Positions 40,430 to 51,118 of a DNA stretch of 64,000 nt are shown here, in pieces. The translations under genes and the position numbers were made by a program. The notes below the pieces were generated by a model. That model did not search any database and was not told where the DNA came from. It saw only the letters and a program-made list of their open reading frames with translations. Numbering within the stretch: position 1 is the first letter of the stretch; each line of letters opens with the position of its first letter. The DNA lies in NCBI GenBank assembly GCA_965205425.1, contig CBDBGZ010000009.1:640001-704000 (forward strand). The letters run 5' to 3'. Origin of the DNA: Nitrosopumilus sp. Lineage in GTDB: Archaea; Thermoproteota; Nitrososphaeria; Nitrososphaerales; Nitrosopumilaceae.

Positions 40430-40906
40430 TTGTTCTTGAGCAAAATAGTGCGTTCTGTTCTCTTCTGAATTTTTCATTATTTCTTTGCTAGAAGCCATTT
40501 TAGCCAAAGCTTTCGATACATCTAATGGACTAGCAGCCCAACCATATTCTCTAAGCTGTTGAACAGTTTCAGTTACAGTTCTTGGTGAATCAAAGAATCT
40601 ACTTGTTTCTAAAATTCTTAATTTTGATTTAATTTCGTGAGCAGTAATGTATTTGGGTTCAGCAAATTCTGGTTCATATGCTTCTGCATCATCTAAATAT
40701 TCTAATCCAAATTGTTCTGATTGCTCAACTTGAGTTGGTTTTTGGATGCTTTCAGACTCGTAAACTATTTTTGCTTGATTTTCAGGTAAGTGGTTTGATA
40801 GATTATCTATGATTTCACCTAATGTTTGATTATCCACGTAAAAATCTCTAGAGTCAACCTCAATTTCGTTTTCGCCTATTTTGAGTTTAATTCTAGCCAT
40901 TGACAA
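40415..40906 (-). CDS. hypothetical protein with C-terminal winged-helix-like region
   Basis: FFDSPRTVTETVQQLREYGW...VSKAL pattern. Confidence 0.7.
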   Translation of the reverse strand: MSMARIKLKIGENEIEVDSRDFYVDNQTLGEIIDNLSNHLPENQAKIVYESESIQKPTQVEQSEQFGLEYLDDAEAYEPEFAEPKYITAHEIKSKLRILETSRFFDSPRTVTETVQQLREYGWAASPLDVSKALAKMASSKEIMKNSEENRTHYFAQEQLVTN

Positions 40907-41030
40907 ATAATCATTTAATTTTGATTTATTCTGTTAGCTCTAAGGAGCTTTAAGATTAGATCAAAACTTTTACACAATTTATTGGGATTTTTTTCCCTTC
41001 AGGTTAAATGTAAATTTGTAAAAACTAGTC

Positions 41031-41480
41031 ATGGAACGATCTAAGAAAGTAGGCGTAATTGTTCTGTTTATACTTGGTATGAGTATTTTTGGATATTCAC
41101 AGTATGCTTCTGCATCTCAAATTGGAGTGAGTATTAGTCAAAGTGAATTATTAGATGAAAATGACGTAGGTTCAAACTATAATGTAGAGTTACAATTTGA
41201 TAATCCCTCATTACTATTACTTTCAGCAGGTGAAACAGAATTTTTTGTAATTTCTAATGATGAAATTATTGGAAAAGGTAATTTGGAATCATTTACTTTA
41301 CAACCATTAGATAGTAGTTATGTAAAAGGTACTTTCCATACTGATGTAAATTCAGACGAAGCACAATCAGTAAAAATTTCAGGTGTAACAAAATATGATA
41401 TGTTGATTACATCTATTGATGTTCCATTTGTATACTATCCTACAGAAGAACAAGCAAGAGAATTTATACATCAAAATTAA
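41031..41480 (+). CDS. membrane-anchored LEA_2-like protein
   Basis: N-terminal TM; VELQFDNPS motif. Confidence 0.65.
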   Translation: MERSKKVGVIVLFILGMSIFGYSQYASASQIGVSISQSELLDENDVGSNYNVELQFDNPSLLLLSAGETEFFVISNDEIIGKGNLESFTLQPLDSSYVKGTFHTDVNSDEAQSVKISGVTKYDMLITSIDVPFVYYPTEEQAREFIHQN

Positions 41481-41491
41481 TTTCTCATCAA

Positions 41492-42385
41492 ATGCTTACT
41501 GTTTTTGGCTCTACAGCACTAGATACAATTAGAACCCCAAAAAAAACATTAAAAAATGTTTTAGGAGGAGCAGCTACCTTTGCAGCAATTTCAGCTAGTA
41601 ATTTTGTAGATACTGGATTAATTGCAGTTGTTGGGAAAGATTTTCCAAAATCACATCATAATACATTGTCAAAATATCTTGATTTGCAAGGATTAACAAT
41701 CAAAGACGGAAAAACATTTCGTTACGATGGGAAATATAATAATACACTTAGTACAAGATCAACATTAAAAACTGAATTAAATGTTCTTGAAGATTTTAAG
41801 GCAACAGTTCCTGAAGCTTATAAAAAATCCCAGTTTGTATATCTTGCAAATAATGATCCAGAACAAAATACATCATTGATTAAAGAATTTGATAAAGTTA
41901 AATTTTCTATGTGTGATACAATAGATTTTTGGATTTCTACAAAACGTGAGGCAGTAATTAAAATGATCAAAGCAGTTGATGCGGTTGTGATTAATGATGA
42001 AGAGGCTAAACTTCTAACCAAAGAATTCAATCTGATAAAATGTGCAAAGAAAATGATGCAATGGGGTGCAAAATATGTTATAATCAAAAAAGGTGAGCAT
42101 GGTTCCTTGATGTTTTATGATGATGTTATTTTTCCAACTGCAGGATTTTCATTAGAAGATGTTGTAGATCCTACAGGAGCAGGGGATTCTTTTGCAGGAG
42201 CAATGATAGGATATCTAGCAAGTAAAAAATCTACTAAAATTTCAGATATCAAAAAAGCTGTTGTTTATGGAAATGTCTTAGGATCATTTGCAGTTGAGAG
42301 ATATGGATTAGATGGTTTAATAAAAATAAAAAATGGGGACATTGCAAAACGTGTAAAAATATATGAAAAAATGATTCGTTTCTAA
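41492..42385 (+). CDS. PfkB/ribokinase-family carbohydrate kinase
   Basis: LGGAATF, KKGEHG, DPTGAGDSFAG. Confidence 0.93.
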   Translation: MLTVFGSTALDTIRTPKKTLKNVLGGAATFAAISASNFVDTGLIAVVGKDFPKSHHNTLSKYLDLQGLTIKDGKTFRYDGKYNNTLSTRSTLKTELNVLEDFKATVPEAYKKSQFVYLANNDPEQNTSLIKEFDKVKFSMCDTIDFWISTKREAVIKMIKAVDAVVINDEEAKLLTKEFNLIKCAKKMMQWGAKYVIIKKGEHGSLMFYDDVIFPTAGFSLEDVVDPTGAGDSFAGAMIGYLASKKSTKISDIKKAVVYGNVLGSFAVERYGLDGLIKIKNGDIAKRVKIYEKMIRF

Positions 42386-42424
42386 AAAGACTTAAGTTCA
42401 ATAATTTTCCAAAATAATTTATCA

Positions 42425-42775
42425 TTGTCACAAGAAACATCTGAAAAAGATCGGCTAGATACAATATTCAAACTTCAACAAGGTCTATCAAACATGATGA
42501 AATTAGATAGGTATCCAAAGGACACTGAAGGAAGAGTTTCTGCATTATGTACAGCAATAATGCATGAGGTAGTTGAGCTACAAAGAACAACAAACTGGAA
42601 ATGGTGGAAAACTCCAGTTGAATTTAACGAAGCTGAAGCAAGAGAAGAATTAATCGATATTTGGCATTTTGTTGTACAAGCATCTTTGGAACTAAAACTT
42701 ACGCCTGATGATATTTTAGATGAGTACAAAAAGAAAAATGAAATAAATCGTGAAAGACAAAGAACAGGATATTAA
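42425..42775 (+). CDS. all-alpha (dimeric) dUTPase family protein
   Basis: HEVVEL, WKWWK, EELIDIWHF, KNEINRERQRTGY. Confidence 0.88.
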   Translation: MSQETSEKDRLDTIFKLQQGLSNMMKLDRYPKDTEGRVSALCTAIMHEVVELQRTTNWKWWKTPVEFNEAEAREELIDIWHFVVQASLELKLTPDDILDEYKKKNEINRERQRTGY

Positions 42776-42779
42776 AAAT

Positions 42780-43247
42780 CTAAATTTGTTCTGAAATTAA
42801 TTTAAAATCAGTTTGATTAATCATATTTACAAGTCTTATATTTTCTTGAAAATATTTTATTTCTGATATTGATACTTTAAGATAAGGATCTGGGCTAGTA
42901 GAATTAATTATTTTACCATTTCGATCAACACCATTTTTGTGTAATTCAAATAATGAATGACCAGATTTATGTCCCCAAACCTCTTTTCCACAAACAATGA
43001 TAGAATTAACTTGTGGGTTTTGATTTACATATTTGATAACAGAATCAATTCCTTTATTTTCAGATAATAGACGTCCTACAATTGATATTTCATTTAGAAA
43101 TTTAGAATTTGCAAAATTTTTCAACAAATCTATGCTTGAAAGAGTACAAATTGCTACTGAAGATTTTGAATTACCAAGGTAAAATTCTTCATTGATGGGT
43201 AAAATAGCCTTACATAATTCGCCAATAGCCTCACCTATTGCATTCAT
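42780..43247 (-). CDS. MtrA-like corrinoid-binding domain protein
   Basis: VAICTLSS, GRLLSENKGID, VCGKEVWGHKSGHSL, NGVD motifs of MtrA. Confidence 0.8.
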   Translation of the reverse strand: MNAIGEAIGELCKAILPINEEFYLGNSKSSVAICTLSSIDLLKNFANSKFLNEISIVGRLLSENKGIDSVIKYVNQNPQVNSIIVCGKEVWGHKSGHSLFELHKNGVDRNGKIINSTSPDPYLKVSISEIKYFQENIRLVNMINQTDFKLISEQI

Positions 43248-44329
43248 AGTATTTCATGCATTGTTTTGGCAATGAATTCAATATTTTTTTGAGTTACACC
43301 TGGATGAATCGGTAAAGAGAGTACATGAATAGATGCCCAATCAGTAACAGGAAGTTTTGTTTTTAATTTGTAAAATGGAGTTTTATGAATTGGTGTTGGA
43401 TAGTATGCTGCTGCACCAATTCCTTTCTCATTTAATTTTTTTAATAATTTGTTACGTTTATCTGATGAAATTGTATAAAGATACCAATTTGTATTTTCAT
43501 TTTTTCTTTCATTAGGTAGTTCTACTTTAAGATCAGAAAGTAATTTTGATAATAATTTAGCATTATTTCTTCTAGATTTTAAAAATTTAGGAAGTTTTTT
43601 CATCTGTACAGTCGCAATAGCTGCATTAATTTCTGGTAATCGTAAATTCAAACCAAATATTCTAGTATCATATCCATGTACCATTCCATGATTTCTAATC
43701 ATCAATAGTTTATCGCGAAGATTTTTGTTATTGGTTACAACAAAACCTCCTTCACCTGCAGTCATGACTTTAGCTGGATACATACTATAACATCCCATCT
43801 CAAAGAAAGTTCCAGTATGTTTTCCTTTGTAAGTAGATCCTAATGATTGTGCAGAATCTTCGATTATAGGTATATTGTATTTTTTAGAAATTTCAGATAA
43901 TCTTTCAATAATTGCAACATTTCCATAAAGATGAACTGGGATTATAGCACGAGTTTTTTTAGTAATTTTTTTTTCTAAATCATCAGGATCAATAGTAAAA
44001 TTTTCTTTTAAAACATCAACAAAAACTGGTTTTGCTCCAGTTGAAACAACTGCATTTGCAGTTGCTACAAAAGTAAAAGAAGGAACTAAAACTTCATCTC
44101 CTTTTTTGACATCTAGCGCATAAAGGGCTGCCTGTAAAGCTGCAGTGCCAGAATTTACTGCAATAGCATATTTTGAATTTACAAAAGATGCTACAGATTT
44201 TTCAAAATTTTGAACATATTTCCCTCCTAAATTGGCAGCAGACGTTAATGCACCATTTTTTAGAATAGATGTGACTACAGATATCTCCTCTTTGCCTACA
44301 AGAGGAATGTTAATTGCAATTTTCAACAT
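43244..44329 (-). CDS. DegT/DnrJ/EryC1/StrS aminotransferase
   Basis: NSGTAAL, FTFVATAN, PVHLYG, EDSAQS, SMYPAKVMTAGEGG. Confidence 0.93.
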   Translation of the reverse strand: MLKIAINIPLVGKEEISVVTSILKNGALTSAANLGGKYVQNFEKSVASFVNSKYAIAVNSGTAALQAALYALDVKKGDEVLVPSFTFVATANAVVSTGAKPVFVDVLKENFTIDPDDLEKKITKKTRAIIPVHLYGNVAIIERLSEISKKYNIPIIEDSAQSLGSTYKGKHTGTFFEMGCYSMYPAKVMTAGEGGFVVTNNKNLRDKLLMIRNHGMVHGYDTRIFGLNLRLPEINAAIATVQMKKLPKFLKSRRNNAKLLSKLLSDLKVELPNERKNENTNWYLYTISSDKRNKLLKKLNEKGIGAAAYYPTPIHKTPFYKLKTKLPVTDWASIHVLSLPIHPGVTQKNIEFIAKTMHEIL

Positions 44330-44393
44330 TATTCCTGTTTATAACTAGTCTATAAATCTCAGCAAAGAAACATGAATTTTTATATTTCAAAAT

Positions 44394-44972
44394 TTGGCAA
44401 ACGGCATCATGAAGCCACGTCATTTAGAAAAATCAGATTCAGGCTACAAAGTCTATCTATACATTTTTTATATTTGCGGTTTCATAATGGCAACATCATT
44501 AGTTTTTGGTGTATATGTTACTATGATAGAATGGTTAGAAAATGGAACTTATGTTATGGGTGAAACAATTCATAATACAACTATTCCATTTGAAAATTTT
44601 GCTAGAGTATCAACTTGGATATTTTTCTCAACAATAATTGGTTGGTATTGTGTTACAAGAATAGGCTGGAGAAGAACTGCCGGTGAGAAAATTATTGGTA
44701 CAAGAATGGCATTACTTCAATTGATGTTGCTAAGTTTTTCAATAATTTCTCTCTATGAAGTGTTATACAATTTTACAGTGTTAAATGCACAAATGACTGC
44801 AGGGATAATAGATGGGATGGTTCCAGACATTGATAAATTATCGATAGCTTATCCAGATCCAGAAAGACCGTGGAATTTAGTTTTTGCAACCAAAGTATTT
44901 CTTGCATCATTTATCATTAGTACTCACGCATTTTATCTCAGTATAAAACCTAGAAAAAGTCTGGATGAATAA
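44394..44972 (+). CDS. multi-pass membrane protein
   Basis: Four hydrophobic segments. Confidence 0.75.
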   Translation: MANGIMKPRHLEKSDSGYKVYLYIFYICGFIMATSLVFGVYVTMIEWLENGTYVMGETIHNTTIPFENFARVSTWIFFSTIIGWYCVTRIGWRRTAGEKIIGTRMALLQLMLLSFSIISLYEVLYNFTVLNAQMTAGIIDGMVPDIDKLSIAYPDPERPWNLVFATKVFLASFIISTHAFYLSIKPRKSLDE

Positions 44973-45017
44973 TAGATTTTAAAAAAACTATTTCTACTTT
45001 GTTTGATTTATAGTAAC

Positions 45018-45206
45018 ATGGGGTTATTTGGTTCTAACAAAAATGAATTAAAATGTAAAAAATGTGGAACCGTACTATCTGATTCTGACAGATTAAAAAA
45101 ACACCAAGAAAAAGCACACAATAAGAAAAAAGAAAAATGTAGAGCTTGTGGGGCAGAATTTGATTATTCTGAAGATCTAAGAAAACATAAAAAGAATTGT
45201 AAATAG
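45018..45206 (+). CDS. small C2H2 zinc-finger protein
   Basis: CKKC...H...H followed by CRAC...H. Confidence 0.75.
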   Translation: MGLFGSNKNELKCKKCGTVLSDSDRLKKHQEKAHNKKKEKCRACGAEFDYSEDLRKHKKNCK

Positions 45207-45209
45207 AGT

Positions 45210-45419
45210 TTATTCTGATAATCCAGATTCATATTTTGGTTGTCTTTTCAAAGCTTTTTCAATTGCTTCTAAATTTTTGATCTCGTTTTTCGAATTTAGT
45301 GATAAAGTTTGGATCATTTCTGAGCCTAATTGAACTGATTGTTCAGGTAATGTTTCAAGAAATTTTTCAAGCGCTTTCTTGTAATTGGCAATTAATTCTA
45401 ATCCTTCTTCAAGAGTCAT
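45210..45419 (-). CDS. hypothetical protein
   Basis: Helical ~69-aa ORF. Confidence 0.65.
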   Translation of the reverse strand: MTLEEGLELIANYKKALEKFLETLPEQSVQLGSEMIQTLSLNSKNEIKNLEAIEKALKRQPKYESGLSE

Positions 45420-45512
45420 GAATAATCTATACATATTGACTATTCAAACCTTCTAAATTCAAAAGAAATTTTTGAATAACTTTATACGTTTATTCTCAAA
45501 AGTTGTTTTGAT

Positions 45513-46559
45513 TTGGACATTACAGAAAAAGTAGATTTGATTATGAAATCACCAACTGAGGAAGTTGTAACACAAGAAGAATTAATAGAATTATTCAAAA
45601 CAAATTCATCACCAAATCACTATATTGGTTTGGAAATTTCTGGATTCTTGCATCTTGGTAGTCTAATTAGTACTGGTTTTAAAATTAATGATTTTGTAAA
45701 GGCAGGAGTAAAGTGTAAAATTTTTCTTGCAGATTGGCATACTCTGATTAATGATAAATTGGGCGGGAATTGGGAAACAATTGCTAAAGTTTCAAAATAC
45801 TATCAAGATGCGTTCAAGTTAGTTTGTCCTGATGCAGAAATTGTCTTAGGCTCAAAACTATACGAAGAAAAAACAGAATATTGGTCTGAACTTGTTAAAT
45901 TTACAAAACATATGTCAATTGCTAGAACAATGAGAACTTTAACAATTATGGGAAGATCAGAAGATGATAAAAAAATTGATGTTGCTAAATTACTTTATCC
46001 TGCAATGCAAGCAGTAGATATTCATTCTTTAGATGTTGATATTGCACATGCTGGAATAGATCAAAGAAAAATACACATGCTTGTAAGAGAAATATTTCCA
46101 AAAATGAAATGGAAAGTTCCTGTTGCTGTTCATCACAAGTTGTTACCAGGACTTTCAAAACCTGCAGATACAAATGATAATAAAATATTAGGAAAAATGA
46201 GTAAATCAGATCCTAATTCAGGCATATTTATTCATAATACTGATGATGAAATTAAGAAAAAAATCAGCAAAGCATGGTGTGAGGAAGCAAATATTCAAAA
46301 TAATCCTCTATTAGAAATTTCAAAAACTGTAATCTTTCATGAGTTTAATGAAATGAAAGTAGAAAGACCAGAAAAATTTGGTGGCAATATGTCATATACA
46401 AATTATAATCAATTAGAAACAGATTTTGTTGAAAAAAAATTACATCCTGGAGATTTGAAACAAACAGTTGGAAATTATTTAGTAAAAATAGTATCTCCAA
46501 TTAGAGAAAAATTAAACCTCAATGAAGAATTGAGTGAAGCAATTAAGAAAAGTTTCTAA
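45513..46559 (+). CDS. tyrS: tyrosine--tRNA ligase
   Basis: YIGLEISGFLHLG, YPAMQAVD, GIDQRKIH, KMSKS. Confidence 0.96.
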   Translation: MDITEKVDLIMKSPTEEVVTQEELIELFKTNSSPNHYIGLEISGFLHLGSLISTGFKINDFVKAGVKCKIFLADWHTLINDKLGGNWETIAKVSKYYQDAFKLVCPDAEIVLGSKLYEEKTEYWSELVKFTKHMSIARTMRTLTIMGRSEDDKKIDVAKLLYPAMQAVDIHSLDVDIAHAGIDQRKIHMLVREIFPKMKWKVPVAVHHKLLPGLSKPADTNDNKILGKMSKSDPNSGIFIHNTDDEIKKKISKAWCEEANIQNNPLLEISKTVIFHEFNEMKVERPEKFGGNMSYTNYNQLETDFVEKKLHPGDLKQTVGNYLVKIVSPIREKLNLNEELSEAIKKSF

Positions 46560-47350
46560 ACTTTAAGATTTGGATTTGTTTGTTCTTCTAAATTATATTT
46601 TGATTTGTATCCTCTTGGATTGATCATCAAATCTTTGTAAGTATACGTAGATGAATTTCCAACAATTACAGTACTAACCATACCTAATTCATCTGAATGG
46701 TTTGGTAAATTTTCTAAATCAGTTATTACAATAGTTTCAGATTCTCTAAATGCGCCTTTAATGATAGCAACAGGTGTAGTTGGTTTTCTGTATTTTAAAA
46801 GAACTTTTCTTGTATCTTGTAATTGATGAATTCTTTTTTGACTGGCAGGATTGTAAATAACAAGTACAAAATCACCTTGTGCAGCTGCTTCAACTCTTTT
46901 TGAAATAACTTCCCATGGAACTAGTAAATCACTCATACTAACTACTGCAAAATCACTCATTAGTGGTGAACCAATTATTGATGCACATGAATTAAGAGCA
47001 GACACGCCAGGAACAATTTCAACTTGTAAATCATCAGTAGGATTCCATCCAGATTCAGCAAGTGTTTCATAAATTAGCCCAGCCATTCCATAAATTCCAG
47101 GATCACCACTTGAGACAAGTGAAACAATTTTTCCAGATTTAGCAAGATCAATGCATTGATGAGCTCTTTCAACTTCTTGAGTCATAGCATAACGATGAAC
47201 AGTTTTACCTGCAATTAGATCTTGAACCAAATTTACATAAGTTTCATAACCGACAATCGTATCACTTTCACCAATCACTTCTTTTGCTCGAAATGTCATA
47301 TGATCATGATGGCCAGGTCCGATACCAACAATGTAGAGTTTACCAGTCAA
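46556..47350 (-). CDS. cbiH: precorrin-3B C17-methyltransferase
   Basis: VGIGPG, SSGDPGIYGMAG, SMSDLLVPWE, PRGY. Confidence 0.93.
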   Translation of the reverse strand: MTGKLYIVGIGPGHHDHMTFRAKEVIGESDTIVGYETYVNLVQDLIAGKTVHRYAMTQEVERAHQCIDLAKSGKIVSLVSSGDPGIYGMAGLIYETLAESGWNPTDDLQVEIVPGVSALNSCASIIGSPLMSDFAVVSMSDLLVPWEVISKRVEAAAQGDFVLVIYNPASQKRIHQLQDTRKVLLKYRKPTTPVAIIKGAFRESETIVITDLENLPNHSDELGMVSTVIVGNSSTYTYKDLMINPRGYKSKYNLEEQTNPNLKV

Positions 47351-47397
47351 TTTTAAAAGAAATTTTTTTTTAAGTAATTTATCCGTTTAGTGAGGTC

Positions 47398-48861
47398 TTA
47401 TTGGAATGGATCTATGAATGGAGAATTCACTATGTGATCACTGTTTGTAGGTCGTGCAATACTTACTGATAACATATCATCTGCTCGAAATGAATCAATA
47501 TCAGATTTTGTTTCAAGAATTTTTGCAGTTCCAGCATCATTCCATTCAACTAGATAAATTCTCCACATTGGACTATAATTTTGATCACCAAGTGCAGCTG
47601 CAGCAATTCCTGGTTGAAATCCTAATGGACCAGAACCAAGAATGCCATTTTTGAATTGGAATAAATCAACTGCTCCCGAATTAGCAATGAGATTAGCAGA
47701 ACTTGGAGATGATACAACTCCCATTGATTCAGCAGGACCTGTAGGTGTTGCATCTGTAACGATATAGTAAATTGTTCTTCCATCAGGACCCCAACCTCTA
47801 TGAGCTACAAATGTTACAGTCATTTCTTCCTCATTGATTTCAGTTATTTGGCCACCACTGTATGACATTTCATCTGTAATTTCTTTATCAGGGCGAACTA
47901 TCATTTGTCCATCTGGCCAACTAATTTGAGGAGCATTTAGTATTACTCCTGTTTCATTAAATTCAATTCTGCCACCTTCTTCAGCTGCAATTACATCTGC
48001 TGCAGATGTAAACTCAATTTCTTTTTGTCCAACTTTCCATGTAACTTCAATTACAGAACTTAGTGCACTATATTCTGATTCTTGTGAAGGAGTATTGGAA
48101 ATAACTTCATTTTGAAATCCATAAATTCCATCGCCCTTGATTCCATTTTTAAAAATAAATAATTTTTGTAAAGTGTTTTCTGGAACATTTGCAAGTAATG
48201 GAGCAACTTCTACTCTCCATCCTTGTTTGTCAGAAATTATTTTTGCATAATCTTCATCACTACTATCAGTAATAATGTATAGAACTTGATTGTCTTCATA
48301 GATTCCTTTATGCATTGGAATTATAGCTGGAACATTTGTTTTTGATAATAATGATAATGGTTCCTCTTTTTCTAATTCAATTTTTTGCATAATTATTTCT
48401 GTTGGTTGCCCTCTGATCCATCCATCAACACTTACAGTTGTAGTGAATTCTTTTGAATTTGGAGAATGTAAAGCAAGAGCAGCTCCTGTAAATTCAAACG
48501 ATCCTGATTTTTCTTGTAAATCAATCAAGGATAAACCATAGATAGTTTTTCCATCTACACTCCATGTAGGTTGACCTTTTGATTCCTGAGAACTAATTTC
48601 ATGCAAAACTACAATCTGTACAGGCTCACTTGAAGTAAATGTCATAGAACCATCATAAATTGTGCCTTCATTAGGAGATAAAATAAGTGATAATTGATGA
48701 TTTTCATGTCCTTGACCTGGATCTTGAGAAGATGTTATAGTCTGAGTAAAATGAATTTTTTTTCTAGAACCTGCATCTACAAGTTGATCAGATGTAGAGG
48801 ATACAAAAATAATTCCAACTGTAAAAATAACAATTATTAGTAAAGCTGGAAGTTTTTTCAA
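47398..48861 (-). CDS. secreted protein with internal repeat of an uncharacterised domain
   Basis: Signal peptide; two repeats (YIITDS...F.F.NG..G.G..GFQ...YS and YIVTDA...FQFKNG..G.GPLGFQ...YSPMW). Confidence 0.8.
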   Translation of the reverse strand: MKKLPALLIIVIFTVGIIFVSSTSDQLVDAGSRKKIHFTQTITSSQDPGQGHENHQLSLILSPNEGTIYDGSMTFTSSEPVQIVVLHEISSQESKGQPTWSVDGKTIYGLSLIDLQEKSGSFEFTGAALALHSPNSKEFTTTVSVDGWIRGQPTEIIMQKIELEKEEPLSLLSKTNVPAIIPMHKGIYEDNQVLYIITDSSDEDYAKIISDKQGWRVEVAPLLANVPENTLQKLFIFKNGIKGDGIYGFQNEVISNTPSQESEYSALSSVIEVTWKVGQKEIEFTSAADVIAAEEGGRIEFNETGVILNAPQISWPDGQMIVRPDKEITDEMSYSGGQITEINEEEMTVTFVAHRGWGPDGRTIYYIVTDATPTGPAESMGVVSSPSSANLIANSGAVDLFQFKNGILGSGPLGFQPGIAAAALGDQNYSPMWRIYLVEWNDAGTAKILETKSDIDSFRADDMLSVSIARPTNSDHIVNSPFIDPFQ

Positions 48862-48898
48862 TAAATATTTGTGATTGTGTTCCCTTAAATTATTTGTC

Positions 48899-50302
48899 TT
48901 AATTGATTTTATCTAGGGCAAATTCATTATGTAATGCTTTTACAGCTGCATTAGTATCAGAATTTTTCACAACAAATGCAAGATTAAGTTCAGAAGAACC
49001 TTGAGTAATCATTGATACATTTACTTTGTTTTTCTCAATAGCACCAAAAACTTTTGAGGCAACTCCAACAGTTCCTCGCATTCCTGATCCAATTAATGCA
49101 ATTATAGCAACATTCGTAGTAACGTCTAATTTTTTAATTATTTTTCCCAATAGTTCTAATTCTAATGCACTAACAGCTTTGTCAAGATCAGTGTTCTTTA
49201 CTACAATAGTGATACTTGATTCAGAAGGATTTTGAGAAATCATCATTACATTAATTCCAGCTTTTGCTAGTGTAGCAAATATTTTTGCTGCAGTGCCTGG
49301 AGTTCCAACCATACTGCCTCCTTGGACATCAATTAATCCATTATTTTTAACATTACTTACACATTTTACAGTATTTTTTACTGCTGAAGAAGTTGATGCT
49401 GAAACTAGAGTTCCCTCATTTTTGATATTGAAAGAACTTCTAATTTTTATTGGAATTTTTTTTGTAATTAGAGGCTCAAATGTTCGTGGATGTATTTGCT
49501 TTGCACCAAATAGAGCCATTTCAATTGCTTCAATGTATGATACTTCTTTGAGTAATTTTGCATTTTTTACAATTTTTGGATCTGCAGTCATTAATCCATC
49601 TACATCACTCATTAACCAAATTTCATCTGCTTTTATGCAAGAACCTACAATTGTTGCAGAATAATCTGAACCTCCTCTACCAAAAGTAGTTACATGTCCA
49701 TGTTGATCAGCACCTACAAATCCTCCTACAACTGGAATTGTTTTCTTTGAAAATAGAGCATCTACAGTCTTTGACACTCTTAATCTAGTTGTATCGATGA
49801 GAGGTTTTGATTCACCAAAATTAGAATCAGTCACAATTCCTACTTCTTTTCCAGTTAAAGTAATTGATTTTTTTCCAGAATCATTGATTGCGGCTGAAAC
49901 TAATTTAATTGATAGTCGTTCTCCAAATGAAAATAGGTAATCCATAGTTCTAGGTGTAACTTCACCTAACAATACCATTCCATCAATAAGTGCAACAAGT
50001 TCATCAAAGTCTTGATCAAATTTTGATAATAGTTTTTTCCTTATCTCTGATTTTTTAATTGTCTGTTTGGCTAATTGTTTATGTCTATTGGTAATTTTTG
50101 ATGCAAGTTGTTCTGCTTTAGATTTATTTTCTTTTTTCATTGATTCAGAAATTTCTATTAGATCATCTGTAGTTCCGCTGGTTGCAGAACAAACTACAAC
50201 AATATGGTTTTTCTTTGATAATTCATTAAGATGTTTAGCTACTGCTTGAATGTCTTTTGCGGCAGAAATTGATGTTCCACCATATTTTATTACGAGTCTC
50301 AA
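48899..50302 (-). CDS. lysC: aspartate kinase
   Basis: KYGGTS, SFGERLS, TFGRGGSDYSA, DVDGLMTADP, two ACT domains. Confidence 0.95.
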   Translation of the reverse strand: MRLVIKYGGTSISAAKDIQAVAKHLNELSKKNHIVVVCSATSGTTDDLIEISESMKKENKSKAEQLASKITNRHKQLAKQTIKKSEIRKKLLSKFDQDFDELVALIDGMVLLGEVTPRTMDYLFSFGERLSIKLVSAAINDSGKKSITLTGKEVGIVTDSNFGESKPLIDTTRLRVSKTVDALFSKKTIPVVGGFVGADQHGHVTTFGRGGSDYSATIVGSCIKADEIWLMSDVDGLMTADPKIVKNAKLLKEVSYIEAIEMALFGAKQIHPRTFEPLITKKIPIKIRSSFNIKNEGTLVSASTSSAVKNTVKCVSNVKNNGLIDVQGGSMVGTPGTAAKIFATLAKAGINVMMISQNPSESSITIVVKNTDLDKAVSALELELLGKIIKKLDVTTNVAIIALIGSGMRGTVGVASKVFGAIEKNKVNVSMITQGSSELNLAFVVKNSDTNAAVKALHNEFALDKIN

Positions 50303-50337
50303 TTCAAAATACCTGAACTAGTTAATCTTTAAATGCT

Positions 50338-51084
50338 TTAACTTTCTACGCGTGGAGCCAAGTAAAAGTGAATTCTACCAATATTTGCTACTTTAAATTC
50401 AATTCTAAGAGGTTTTGCGCTTGAAAATTCACATGTAATTGAGCCTGCATTGGAACCGACTGCTTTTACTACAGGATTTAGATATTCTAGGCTGTAAGTA
50501 CCAACACTGTCTTCTTTTGAAGAAACCTCTTCAATCTCTTTATCGTCTTTATCTAAATCAATTACAACTTCGCCTGAATCACCTTTTCCTGAGAAATGTC
50601 CTTTTGAATCAGATGTATTGATTGTAAGATAATCAGACACTACTTGTACATCCCCAAGAATTTTATCAAATTTAGAAGAAGTTAAAATAATTTTTGAATC
50701 ATATGGGATTTTTGGTAATGGGGTATCAGTAGCAGAACTTTCAATTAAACGCATTTTATATTTTTTATTTTTACCAACTGTTACAAGTAACATATTTTGT
50801 TCAGAGATACTAATTTCTATGCTATCTTTTTTATCAGCTCTTTTGATAAGTTTTGAAAATTCATCAATCCTTACTCCAAATTTAATATCACTATCACATT
50901 CGTATTTTTCAAATGCAGAGTTTGGCCAAGAGATATCAATTAAAGCAACATGTGATGGATCCATTCCTCTGAAAGTAATTCCTTCTGCTGTAGCTACAAA
51001 AGTTGCTTCTTCAACAAGTGTAGATATTGCAGAAATGATAGCTTTGAGATCATCCGATCCACTAGTTTTTGCTCCAAAAGTCAA
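50338..51084 (-). CDS. pcn: DNA polymerase sliding clamp PCNA
   Basis: MDPSHVAL, YSLEYL, FYLAPRVE. Confidence 0.96.
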   Translation of the reverse strand: MTFGAKTSGSDDLKAIISAISTLVEEATFVATAEGITFRGMDPSHVALIDISWPNSAFEKYECDSDIKFGVRIDEFSKLIKRADKKDSIEISISEQNMLLVTVGKNKKYKMRLIESSATDTPLPKIPYDSKIILTSSKFDKILGDVQVVSDYLTINTSDSKGHFSGKGDSGEVVIDLDKDDKEIEEVSSKEDSVGTYSLEYLNPVVKAVGSNAGSITCEFSSAKPLRIEFKVANIGRIHFYLAPRVES

Positions 51085-51118
51085 ATCAATTTTCTTCTCT
51101 TTATGTACAAGTTAAACG

